From an uncultured delta proteobacterium (GTDB taxonomy: Bacteria; Desulfobacterota; Binatia; UBA9968), in assembly GCA_963727625.1 (NCBI GenBank), contig CAVSHR010000004.1:224001-288000 (forward strand): DNA of 64,000 bases, given 5' to 3'. This document shows positions 42,912 to 51,478 of the stretch, one piece after another (position 1 is the stretch's first letter; every line of letters begins with the position of its first letter). The notes below the pieces were generated by a model. It saw only the letters and a program-made list of their open reading frames with translations, searched no databases and was not told the DNA's origin. Both the position numbers and the translations under genes were made by a program.

Positions 42912-43568
42912 TTAGCTCAAAAGCTCCGCAATAATTCGCGCGTGTCCGGCATCGCTTCCCTTAACGCGCAACGGTAAAGCCATGATGCGGGTGCGTTTGC
43001 CGACGATGCTGCCGAGGTTGGCGACGTTTTCGGCGATCAAAATTTCGTTGCCGAGGAGCGTCTTGTGCACTGGGAAGTCGAATCCCTTCGGTCGTAGCGG
43101 TGTCGGTAAATCGACCGTGATGCAGTCGATGCCGAACATCTTTATGCCCTTCTTGACCATCCATTCGGCCGCGTCGACCGATAGATAAGGGTGCATATTA
43201 TAGTCCGGGCTGTCGAATTTTTCGTCCCAACCGGTGTGCAGCATCAAAATATCACCGCGATTGACGGGGACTCCCGAAGCCTCCAGATCTTTGGCTGTCA
43301 CCTCTTCTCCGCCTTTCTTCTTCACCCCGATCACGGCGCCGGGTCCGACAAAGGCATCCAAGGGCAGCTCTTCGATCGACTTGCCGTTAGGCATAATATG
43401 AATCGGCGCGTCGACGTGAGTCCCCGCGTGACAGGGCAAGGACAATTCGGTGACGTTGAGCGGATGGCCTTTTTCCAGGCTCAAGAATTTTTGCACGTGG
43501 ACGTCCGGCAGTATCGGAATCTTCGGCATGCCGTCATAGATCAGCCGCGACAGATCGACCATTTCCAT
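42912..43568 (-). CDS. Cyclase-family metal hydrolase (kynurenine formamidase-like)
   Basis: HAGTHVDAP, HTGW, GID, IAEN and ALPL motifs. Confidence 0.9.
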   Translation of the reverse strand: MEMVDLSRLIYDGMPKIPILPDVHVQKFLSLEKGHPLNVTELSLPCHAGTHVDAPIHIMPNGKSIEELPLDAFVGPGAVIGVKKKGGEEVTAKDLEASGVPVNRGDILMLHTGWDEKFDSPDYNMHPYLSVDAAEWMVKKGIKMFGIDCITVDLPTPLRPKGFDFPVHKTLLGNEILIAENVANLGSIVGKRTRIMALPLRVKGSDAGHARIIAELLS

Positions 43569-43585
43569 AGGATTATCCCCTTTCC

Positions 43586-44326
43586 TTATTTTCCGTTGCA
43601 CCAGCGGGCATAAAGTGGATCCTTGTCAACATAGGCGCGCTTGATTCCGTCAAAGGCAAGCCAGAATTGGTCCAGTGTTTTTTGCACCGCCGCGCGCACT
43701 CCCGCTTGCTGAGGCTCGCTCACCGCGTAGCGCTCCACTGCGAGCGGTCCGACTTTCATGTGCTCTTCATCGACACCCATATGCAAGGTCCAATAGCGAA
43801 TATCCTCGGACTCTCGGTCAAAGCCGTAATGTTTGGTCAAACCGTTGACGATACGCGTCATTCGCTCACTCGCCGTGCCTTCGAGACAAAATCCCTGGCA
43901 AGCGTAAAGCTCGAGCCAGCTTCGCTGAAACATCAATAGCTCGCGCCAATCCAGAAACGCCTGGGTCTCCGGCAGCGCCTCGACGCGATCCAATTCTTCT
44001 CTGGTGTAGCCACAGGCCTGAGCGAACCGAATAAAAAGCCCTTTATGACTGTCCGTTCCCGTGATCTCGCCGGTGCCCTCCTCGACCACGTTTTCGATCC
44101 ACATCTTTTCGAGCTCTGGATCATCCGGACATCGACTCAGCATCGCGGCGATCGGCTTGGGAAAGGGCTTGGGGAAAAAAAGATAGAATTGACCGATGAA
44201 ACCTTTCAGCTGGTCGCGATCGAGCTTGCCCTCTTCGATCATGCCGATGACCGGGTGGTTTTTGGAGTGCTTGTTGCGCACCATCCCCTGAATTTCCTTG
44301 ACAAACTCGCTGCTAGAAATGGTCAT
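43586..44326 (-). CDS. Heme-oxygenase-like diiron (PqqC/CADD/TenA-like) redox protein
   Basis: HP N-motif, ENVVEEGTG...SH, CLEG and HMGVDEEH ligand pattern. Confidence 0.8.
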   Translation of the reverse strand: MTISSSEFVKEIQGMVRNKHSKNHPVIGMIEEGKLDRDQLKGFIGQFYLFFPKPFPKPIAAMLSRCPDDPELEKMWIENVVEEGTGEITGTDSHKGLFIRFAQACGYTREELDRVEALPETQAFLDWRELLMFQRSWLELYACQGFCLEGTASERMTRIVNGLTKHYGFDRESEDIRYWTLHMGVDEEHMKVGPLAVERYAVSEPQQAGVRAAVQKTLDQFWLAFDGIKRAYVDKDPLYARWCNGK

Positions 44327-44379
44327 AAGTTCTTGCTCCCTGCCCTATTCTACTTGCTCATCAACTGCGTAAAAATAAT

Positions 44380-44453
44380 TGCCCCCGGCGAGATTCGAAC
44401 TCACGGCCCCAGGATTAGGAATCCTGTGCTCTATCCACCTGAGCTACGGGGGC
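44380..44453 (-). tRNA. tRNA-Arg(CCT), CCA not encoded
   Basis: GCCCCCGTAGCTCAGGTGGATAGAGCACAGGATTCCTAATCCTGGGGCCGTGAGTTCGAATCTCGCCGGGGGCA folds as a cloverleaf. Confidence 0.95.
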
Positions 44454-44529
44454 GCATGGGTTGGTGAACCAACCTTCGCTTTGTTGTTTTCCCGTCTCTT
44501 TGTTACCATCAATGTTAAAGTCGGGTCAA

Positions 44530-44811
44530 ATGCCATTGGTAAACAATCCCCAATCATCGTCATTCTCCTTTTGCCCGCTGACGGGTCTCCATGCCATCGG
44601 GCTGTTGCTCGGTTGCGCCGTTGTGCTTTGCCTGTCGAGCTGTAGCTCGGCATCCGCGCCACTGTCGATCACCCTGTATAATGCCGAGACCAACCAAACG
44701 CTCACTTGCGCCGCGCGCGATCGAACGGGCCGGGCCGATCTCTCGGTCCTCGCCGTTACGGTTGAGAGTTGCGCAAAACAGCTGGAGGCGCGGGGCTTTG
44801 TCAGACAATAA
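44530..44811 (+). CDS. Small hypothetical lipoprotein
   Basis: VLCLSSC lipobox-like segment; ends CAKQLEARGFVR. Confidence 0.55.
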   Translation: MPLVNNPQSSSFSFCPLTGLHAIGLLLGCAVVLCLSSCSSASAPLSITLYNAETNQTLTCAARDRTGRADLSVLAVTVESCAKQLEARGFVRQ

Positions 44812-44909
44812 AAACCCCCTTTCCGTCTTTGCTCATCTTGACGCTAAGGAATTTTTCCGGCTAATCTCCAATGCGGTAGACTTGTCATCGCAATTGGCAG
44901 GGAGGAATA

Positions 44910-45266
44910 ATGAATTACCGTTTGGATCACATCGCGCTCAATTGCAAGGACCTAGACGAGTCGGTGCGTTTCTACGAGACCCATTTCGGCGGCAACCCCA
45001 CGGCGTTACGCCAAGGTGGCGACGGCCACAAGTTCTGTTTCGTCAATATCAGCGGCGCCGCGGCGATACAGTTGATCGAATCTCCGGGTGAAACTGGCAT
45101 CAACCACTACGGTTTTGTCGCTGACGACATGGATCAAGTGGCGGCCGAGCTGCGCGCCAAGAATGCCGAGATTATCCGCGAGATTCGCGACCCCAGCGGC
45201 AAGCTGACCACGCTGTTTGTCAAGGATGGCACCGGTCTCAAGATGGAGGTTCGGCTACCCCGTTGA
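44910..45266 (+). CDS. VOC/glyoxalase-family protein
   Basis: LDHIALNCKDLDESVRFY, INHYGF and FVKD..G..ME; RBS GGAGG. Confidence 0.88.
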   Translation: MNYRLDHIALNCKDLDESVRFYETHFGGNPTALRQGGDGHKFCFVNISGAAAIQLIESPGETGINHYGFVADDMDQVAAELRAKNAEIIREIRDPSGKLTTLFVKDGTGLKMEVRLPR

Positions 45267-45366
45267 GGCCGACCGGACGTAAGGAATAACGTCGTGCTTG
45301 AGTTCATCTTGACATCCATTAGGGTGAGGCTTAATTTGGACCTACAAGGTCCATCTAGGAGGAATC

Positions 45367-46536
45367 ATGGCCAAGAGCTTTCAGGAGATTATGGCCGAAG
45401 CGCGCAAGGAAATTCCCGAAGTGAGCGTGCAACAAGTCAACGAATTACTTAAGAATAACGGCAAATCGCCGGTTTTGCTTGACGTTCGCGAGAGCGATGA
45501 GTGGCGCCAGGGGCATCTGGAAGGAGCCCTGCCGTTGCCACGCGGCTTTCTTGAGATCAAAGTCGAGAGCGCGGTCCCCAACAAGGATGCTCCGATAATC
45601 GCCTATTGCGCCGGCGGCGTGCGCTCGTTGTTGGCCGCGAAGGTGATGAAGGAAATGGGTTATCGGAACGTTTCTTCGATGGCGGGCGGTTACGCAGCGT
45701 GGAAAAATGGCGGATTCAAATGGGTGCAGGATTTTCAGTATACGCCGGAGCAATTGATCCGCTACAGCCGCCATTTTCTCCTGCCCGAGGTTGGCGAAGA
45801 CGGCCAGGCGAAATTACTTCAAGCCAAGGTGCTGATGGTTGGAGCGGGCGGTTTGGGCTCCCCCTCCGCCTATTATCTGGCGGCGGCCGGGGTCGGAACG
45901 ATCGGCATCATCGACAACGACGTCGTAGATATTTCTAACCTACAGCGCCAAATCCTTCACGCCAACGACCGGGTCGGCATGCCAAAAGTCGAATCGGCCA
46001 AGAAGACTCTCGAGGCGCTCAACCCAGACGTTAAAGTGATTCCTTACCAAGCCAAATTAACCTCCGAAAATATCATGGAGATCATCAAAGATTACGACTT
46101 GGTCGTCGACGGTTGCGATAACTTTCCAACGCGCTACCTGGTAAACGATGCCTGTGTACTGACGGGAACGCCTAACGTGCACGGCAGCATCTTCCAGTTT
46201 GAGGGCCAAGCCACGGTATTTTATCCCGGCAAGGGCCCCTGCTACCGCTGTTTATATCCGGAACCGCCGCCCGCCGAGATGGCGCCCAGTTGCGCCGAAG
46301 CCGGTGTGCTCGGCGTGCTGCCGGGCTTGATCGGCGTGATCGAGGCCCTCGAAGCGGTAAAACTCATTCTCGGCAAAGGCGATAGCTTGGTCGGCCGCTT
46401 GTTACACTTCAACACTCTGACCATGGAGATCAACACGCTCAAGCTGCGGCGCGATCCCAATTGCCCAATGTGCGGCGATCATCCGACGATCCACCAGTTG
46501 ATCGATTACGAAGAATTTTGCAGCTTGCGGCACTAG
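45367..46536 (+). CDS. moeB: Rhodanese-fused MoeB/MoeZ adenylyltransferase
   Basis: LDVRE...YCAGGVRS rhodanese; RYSRH, GAGGLG, SNLQRQ, PCYRC and SCAEAGVLG. Confidence 0.93.
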   Translation: MAKSFQEIMAEARKEIPEVSVQQVNELLKNNGKSPVLLDVRESDEWRQGHLEGALPLPRGFLEIKVESAVPNKDAPIIAYCAGGVRSLLAAKVMKEMGYRNVSSMAGGYAAWKNGGFKWVQDFQYTPEQLIRYSRHFLLPEVGEDGQAKLLQAKVLMVGAGGLGSPSAYYLAAAGVGTIGIIDNDVVDISNLQRQILHANDRVGMPKVESAKKTLEALNPDVKVIPYQAKLTSENIMEIIKDYDLVVDGCDNFPTRYLVNDACVLTGTPNVHGSIFQFEGQATVFYPGKGPCYRCLYPEPPPAEMAPSCAEAGVLGVLPGLIGVIEALEAVKLILGKGDSLVGRLLHFNTLTMEINTLKLRRDPNCPMCGDHPTIHQLIDYEEFCSLRH

Positions 46537-46563
46537 TTCGGGTATTTATCTCAAGGGGTTACT

Positions 46564-46590
46564 AAAGGGCGGCCAAGTGGCCGCCCTTTT
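46564..46590. terminator. Bidirectional intrinsic terminator
   Basis: AAAGGGCGGCCA-AG-TGGCCGCCCTTTT between convergent genes. Confidence 0.85.
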
Positions 46591-46653
46591 AAAATTTATT
46601 GCCCGGGTCCGTCTTAACATCGGCGCCGGTGAGGCGATCTGCACGGCAATTTG

Positions 46654-47382
46654 CTAAAGACCGACGGCTTTCTTGAGCGAATCGACTTCGCCCCGGCTGA
46701 GCGGCCGGAGTTCGCCCATCGGCAATGCGCCAAGGGCCAGCGAGCCGATACGAATGCGGATAAGTTTCTCGACGAAATAACCCAGCGCCTCGAACATGCG
46801 CCGCACCTCGCGCTTGCGACCTTCCTGCACTTCGATCTCGACCCAGGCATTTTTTCTGAGCTTGGTGACCACTCGAGCATGTGCCGGAGCGCTCATGCCG
46901 TCCTCCAAACGAATGCCTTTGCGCAAGCGGGCGAGATCCTCTTCGCCGGGACAGGCGCTGAGCTTGGCCCGATAAACTTTTTTCACGCCGTAGCGCGGAT
47001 GGGTCAGGCGGAGCGCGAAGTCGCCGTCATTGGTTAGAAGTAAAAGCCCGGTAGTATTGTAATCGAGGCGCCCCACCGGAAAGAGCCGGCGCCTTTCGCC
47101 CAGGCCGGCGAGATACGGAGTCAAGTCGGGGCGATGCTCGGGATCGTTTAAAGTCGTGATCACCCCGGGCGGTTTATGAAATGCATAGTAAAGCAGCGCG
47201 GCAGCGGGTTTGATCCGCTTGCCGTCGACCTTAATGCTGTCCTTCGCCGGGTCCGCCTGTGAACCGAGCTTGCGCACCACGGTTCCGTTGACCATGACTC
47301 GGCCTTCGGCAATCCAGCGCTCCGCCTCGCGCCGGGAAGCCAGTCCCGCCCGCGCGAGAATTTTTTGCAGACGCTCCATCAT
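46654..47382 (-). CDS. rluB: rRNA pseudouridine synthase (RluB/RsuA family)
   Basis: ERLQKILARAGLASRR S4 domain, PVGRLD and EGRKREVRRM; follows scpB. Confidence 0.88.
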   Translation of the reverse strand: MMERLQKILARAGLASRREAERWIAEGRVMVNGTVVRKLGSQADPAKDSIKVDGKRIKPAAALLYYAFHKPPGVITTLNDPEHRPDLTPYLAGLGERRRLFPVGRLDYNTTGLLLLTNDGDFALRLTHPRYGVKKVYRAKLSACPGEEDLARLRKGIRLEDGMSAPAHARVVTKLRKNAWVEIEVQEGRKREVRRMFEALGYFVEKLIRIRIGSLALGALPMGELRPLSRGEVDSLKKAVGL

Positions 47383-47391
47383 CCGACCGGA

Positions 47392-47967
47392 TCAACTCTC
47401 TCCGAGCTGATCGAAAGAGATCGTGTCACCGGGAATTTCCGGTAGCGATATTTCTTCCATTTCCTTGAGGGTGGGCAGTTGGGACAGATCCTTGAGATTG
47501 AAAAGTTGGAGGAATTCCACCGTAGTGCCGTATAGAAACGGCCGGCCGGGGACATCCTTGCGCCCAACGGCGCGAATCAAGTTGCGTTCCGTCAGTGTGG
47601 CGATCACACCGTCGATATCGACGCCGCGGATCGCTTCCACCTCCGCTTTCGTGATCGGTTGGCGGTAGGCGATAATCGCCAGGGTTTCGAGGGTTGCTTT
47701 ACCCATCCGAGACGGGCGGCCGCCGAGAAATTTTTTGACCCAGTCGGCGTTGGCTTTCACGGTCCGTAGCTGGTAACCGCCGGCGACCTCGACCAAACGG
47801 ATGCCTCTACTCTGACTTTCAAATTCGCCTTGGAGCTCGCTCAACACGTCCTGGAGGGTTTTCTTGTCGACTTGATCGAGGATCTCGGCGAAGCGTTGCA
47901 AAGGCTGCGGCCCATCGGCGACAAACAAAAGACTCTCGATGATCGATTTTATTTCTTCACGCTCCAT
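47392..47967 (-). CDS. scpB: SMC-Scp complex subunit ScpB
   Basis: IESLLF, LETLAIIAYRQPIT and GRPFLYGTT motifs. Confidence 0.95.
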   Translation of the reverse strand: MEREEIKSIIESLLFVADGPQPLQRFAEILDQVDKKTLQDVLSELQGEFESQSRGIRLVEVAGGYQLRTVKANADWVKKFLGGRPSRMGKATLETLAIIAYRQPITKAEVEAIRGVDIDGVIATLTERNLIRAVGRKDVPGRPFLYGTTVEFLQLFNLKDLSQLPTLKEMEEISLPEIPGDTISFDQLGES

Positions 47968-48727
47968 TTTGACTTTCCTCGGCATCGTCGAGGACGATTC
48001 GCTCGACGGCTTCATCCATATCTGCCGCCGCTTCGATCACGATCGGCCCGGCCATCTCGTCTTGAGAGATCCGGATCGCCCTCACCTTCACCAGCTCCAG
48101 CATCGCCAGGAAGGTCACGACGACTTCCATGCGGCTTTTGACCTCGTCGAACAAGGCTTCGAACAATATTCTGCCCTGGCTGCGTAGCTTGTCGAGCAGC
48201 ATGGTCATCTTCTCGCGCACGGTGATCTTCTCCAGGATGACCTCATGGGCAACGTCTTTGGGCAAACGATCGATGACTCGTTTAAGCGCGCCCAACAGCT
48301 CGAAGACGGAGATCTCGCGAAATTCGCGCGGCCCGGCTTCTTCCAGCGGCGCCGAGGCGCGCACAAATACGTCGCGGGTGAGAACTTCGCGCTGCTCCAA
48401 CTCGATCGCGGCATCTTTGTAGCGCTGATATTCCAACAAGCGCCGCACCAGCTCGTCGCGCGGGTCGATGCCCTCCTCTTCCTCGTCGTCGTCTACTCCC
48501 GCCGGCAACAGCATGCGCGACTTGATATGAATCAGGGTCGCCGCCATGACCAAAAACTCACCGGCCATGTCGAGATTCAGGCTCTGCATAAGCTCTAACG
48601 TGGCGAGATACTGTTCGGTAATCGTGGCGATGGGGATTTCGGTGATGCTGACTTCGTTTTTCTTGATGAGGTGGAGCAAGAGGTCCAAAGGCCCCTCAAA
48701 AATCTCCAATTGAACTCGCGTGCTCAC
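47957..48727 (-). CDS. scpA: Segregation/condensation protein ScpA
   Basis: FEGPLDLLLHLI, KSRMLLP and TFLAMLELVK motifs. Confidence 0.95.
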   Translation of the reverse strand: MSTRVQLEIFEGPLDLLLHLIKKNEVSITEIPIATITEQYLATLELMQSLNLDMAGEFLVMAATLIHIKSRMLLPAGVDDDEEEEGIDPRDELVRRLLEYQRYKDAAIELEQREVLTRDVFVRASAPLEEAGPREFREISVFELLGALKRVIDRLPKDVAHEVILEKITVREKMTMLLDKLRSQGRILFEALFDEVKSRMEVVVTFLAMLELVKVRAIRISQDEMAGPIVIEAAADMDEAVERIVLDDAEESQNGA

Positions 48728-49701
48728 AGCCCCAAAGTCTCGCGCACTTCGGCCATTGTCGCGCCGGCTTTTTCTTGCGCGGCCCGGTTGCCGTCAGTCA
48801 GAATCGCTTCGACAACTTCGGGATTCTTCTCGTAGGACGCGCGCCGCTCGCGCACCGGCGCCAACTCTTCGATGACGTGTTTGATCATGACCTTCTTGCA
48901 ATCCAAGCAGCCGATACCAGCCGTGCGGCAGCCTGTGGAAACTTCTGTGATCTCTTCCGCCGTCGAATAGATTTTGTGGAATTGAAAGGCCGGGCACTTT
49001 TCCGGTTCGCCCGGGTCGGTGCGCTTGACGCGGGCTGGATCGGTCATCATGCGGCTGATTTTCGTGTCGATTTCCTTGGGCGAATCCGAGAGAAACACCG
49101 CGTTGCCGTAGCTCTTGCTCATCTTGCGGCCATCCGTACCGGGCAATTTTTGCGTCTCGGTCAACAAGACTTCAGGCTCCGGAAAAATTGGTCGGTACAC
49201 CTGGTTGAAGCGCCGGACGATTTCCCGGGTCAACTCGACATGGGGCGCCTGGTCGACACCGACAGGAACTTTGTTGGCCTTGTACATCGTGATGTCCGCC
49301 GCTTGCAACACCGGATAACCGAGAAATCCGTAGGTCGAAAGATCCTTGCCGACGATCTCTTTGATTTGCTCTTTATAGGTTGGATTGCGTTCGAGCCATG
49401 GCACCGGCGTGATCATCGAATAAATCAAGTGCAGCTCGGCATGCTCCTTGATGCGCGACTGGCGGAATATAGTCGATTTTGCCGGATCGAGGCCGACGCT
49501 CAACCAATCCATCATCATTTCGACGGTGCTTTGCCGGATGCCTTGCGGCGTTGCGTAATCGGTCGTCAAGGCATGCCAATCGGCGACGAAAAAATAGCAA
49601 CGAAACTGCTCCTGAAGCCGAAGCCAGTTGCTGAGCGCGCCATGAAAATGGCCGAGATGCAGTCTCCCCGTGGGGCGCATGCCACTAACGATGGTTTCCA
49701 T
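48724..49701 (-). CDS. trpS: Tryptophan--tRNA ligase
   Basis: SGMRPTGRLHLGH, YPVLQAAD, PVGVDQ and KMSKS; true start at METIVSG. Confidence 0.96.
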   Translation of the reverse strand: METIVSGMRPTGRLHLGHFHGALSNWLRLQEQFRCYFFVADWHALTTDYATPQGIRQSTVEMMMDWLSVGLDPAKSTIFRQSRIKEHAELHLIYSMITPVPWLERNPTYKEQIKEIVGKDLSTYGFLGYPVLQAADITMYKANKVPVGVDQAPHVELTREIVRRFNQVYRPIFPEPEVLLTETQKLPGTDGRKMSKSYGNAVFLSDSPKEIDTKISRMMTDPARVKRTDPGEPEKCPAFQFHKIYSTAEEITEVSTGCRTAGIGCLDCKKVMIKHVIEELAPVRERRASYEKNPEVVEAILTDGNRAAQEKAGATMAEVRETLGL

Positions 49702-49712
49702 GGTTTTCCAAC

Positions 49713-50390
49713 CTAGAAGATACCCAAATAGAGTTTCAACAGGAACTCGGTCGGCGGATCGATAATATGATCCAACGTGCGCGTCATCAACAGCACGATC
49801 AGAATAATGAAGCCGAAGGGCTCGACCCTCGCCACCTTGAGCGAGAGGGTACGTGGCAACAGGCCGACCAGCACGCGACCGCCGTCCAGCGGCGGCAAGG
49901 GCAACATATTGAACACCGCCAACGTGACGTTGATCAAAATCCCGTTCTGCGCCATCAGAACGATCGGCACAAAAAAATTGGCGATCCCGGAAACCGAAGT
50001 CGATTGGGCTTGGAACCCGGTCATGGGCGCCAGCAGTTTCCAAATGATCGTGAACAAAGCGGCGAGCAAAAGATTCATCGCCGGGCCGGCGGCCGCGACC
50101 CAGATCATATCCCGCTTGGGATTGCGCAGATTGTGAAAGTTCACCGGAACTGGTTTGGCGTATCCGAAAACGAACGGCGAATGGGCCAAGATCAGCATCA
50201 AAGGCACGAGAATTGTGCCAAAAAGATCCACGTGAGCGAACGGATTGAGCGTCAATCGGCCGAGCTTCTTCGCGGTCGGATCGCCGAGCCGATTGGCTAC
50301 CCATCCATGGGCAACCTCATGGAACACCACCGCCACCAGCACCGGCAGGGCCCAAATAATAATTTGACCGACGATTTCTTCCAAGACCAT
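49713..50390 (-). CDS. Site-2 (M50) protease family protein
   Basis: HEVAH, AAAGP and NMLPLPPLDG motifs. Confidence 0.92.
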   Translation of the reverse strand: MVLEEIVGQIIIWALPVLVAVVFHEVAHGWVANRLGDPTAKKLGRLTLNPFAHVDLFGTILVPLMLILAHSPFVFGYAKPVPVNFHNLRNPKRDMIWVAAAGPAMNLLLAALFTIIWKLLAPMTGFQAQSTSVSGIANFFVPIVLMAQNGILINVTLAVFNMLPLPPLDGGRVLVGLLPRTLSLKVARVEPFGFIILIVLLMTRTLDHIIDPPTEFLLKLYLGIF

Positions 50391-50530
50391 CTCACGGGAG
50401 AGTTACTTAGTATGAATACGGCAAGCGTGGGCAAAAGACAAGGCGGAGAACAAAGCCATTCGAGCGCTGGAGTATCGGAAAATTGGAGTAAGCATGACCC
50501 AGCCCCTCTTCCCAACTCTCCAACGCTCGA

Positions 50531-51478
50531 TCACTCAAGGACTCCACCACCCCTTTGCCCTCTGCCGTCCTTCTCTCTCGGATGAAACTCCCGGTGAACT
50601 TTTTTCAGCCGCGCACCGTCGACATGGGTGTAAATCTGCGTCGTGGAAATATCCGCATGGCCCAACATCGATTGTACGGACCGCAAGTCCGCGCCGCCTT
50701 CGAGCAAATGGGTGGCGAACGAATGGCGCATGGTATGCGGCGTCACGCGTTTCTCGATCCCCGCAAGCAGCGCGTAGCGCCGAATAATCTTCCAGAAACC
50801 TTGGCGGGTCAAAGGATTTCCCGAGCGATTGGTAAAAATGAACGGGCTGCTTTTGCCTTTGAGTAAAATCGCTCTTCTCTGGTTCAAGTAGCTCCAGAGT
50901 TTGTCCCTGGCCCATTTGCCGAAAGGCACCGCCCTCACCTTCGATCCTTTGCCTTTGACCGTAAGATAATTGCCCTGGAAATTGATTTGTCGGGTCTCAA
51001 GCCGCACCAGCTCCGAAACCCGCAGGCCGGTGGCGTACAAAAGTTCCAGCATCGCCTGGTCCCGCGCGCCGAGTAGCTCGATTGGGTCGGGCGCGCTCAA
51101 TAGCTTTCGCACATCGTCGCCGGACAAAGTCTGCGGCAGCTTTCTTGGCCCGGGAGGGAGAAAGATAGTCGGTAACGGGCTTTCTTTGAGCAACCCTTCG
51201 CTCACGAGAAAAACCAGGAAGCGGCGCAGCGTGACCACGTGACGGGCGATGCTTCTCGGATTTAAACCTCGAGCGCGTAGCGAGCTCAAAAACGCGCGCA
51301 GCTGCGCGCCGTCCACGTCACGCCATTCGGCTGCGCCGTGCGCAAGCAGAAACTCCGCAAGCCCGGCGAGGTCACGTGCGTAAGCGTCCACGGTGTTTCG
51401 GGCCAGCCCCCTTTCCACCGTCGCCACCGCCAGGAATGCGTCAATGGAGGGGCTGATCGAGTCTTTCTTCGGCGTCAT
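50531..51478 (-). CDS. xerD: Tyrosine recombinase XerD
   Basis: ERGLARNTVDAY, LYATGLRVSEL, KGKGSK, TRQGFWK, HTMRHSFATH and LGHADISTTQIYTH. Confidence 0.93.
   Translation of the reverse strand: MTPKKDSISPSIDAFLAVATVERGLARNTVDAYARDLAGLAEFLLAHGAAEWRDVDGAQLRAFLSSLRARGLNPRSIARHVVTLRRFLVFLVSEGLLKESPLPTIFLPPGPRKLPQTLSGDDVRKLLSAPDPIELLGARDQAMLELLYATGLRVSELVRLETRQINFQGNYLTVKGKGSKVRAVPFGKWARDKLWSYLNQRRAILLKGKSSPFIFTNRSGNPLTRQGFWKIIRRYALLAGIEKRVTPHTMRHSFATHLLEGGADLRSVQSMLGHADISTTQIYTHVDGARLKKVHREFHPREKDGRGQRGGGVLE

Noticed and set aside
44380-44453. tRNA-Arg as an island attachment site
   Set aside because: I found no duplicated tRNA 3' end and no adjacent integrase in the window.
48724-50304. 526-aa TrpRS with a long N-terminal extension
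   Set aside because: The extension is an off-frame read of the M50 protease gene; TrpRS similarity starts at 49701.
50531-51478. Tyrosine recombinase as a prophage or island integrase
   Set aside because: It has XerD signatures and a housekeeping context with no phage genes.
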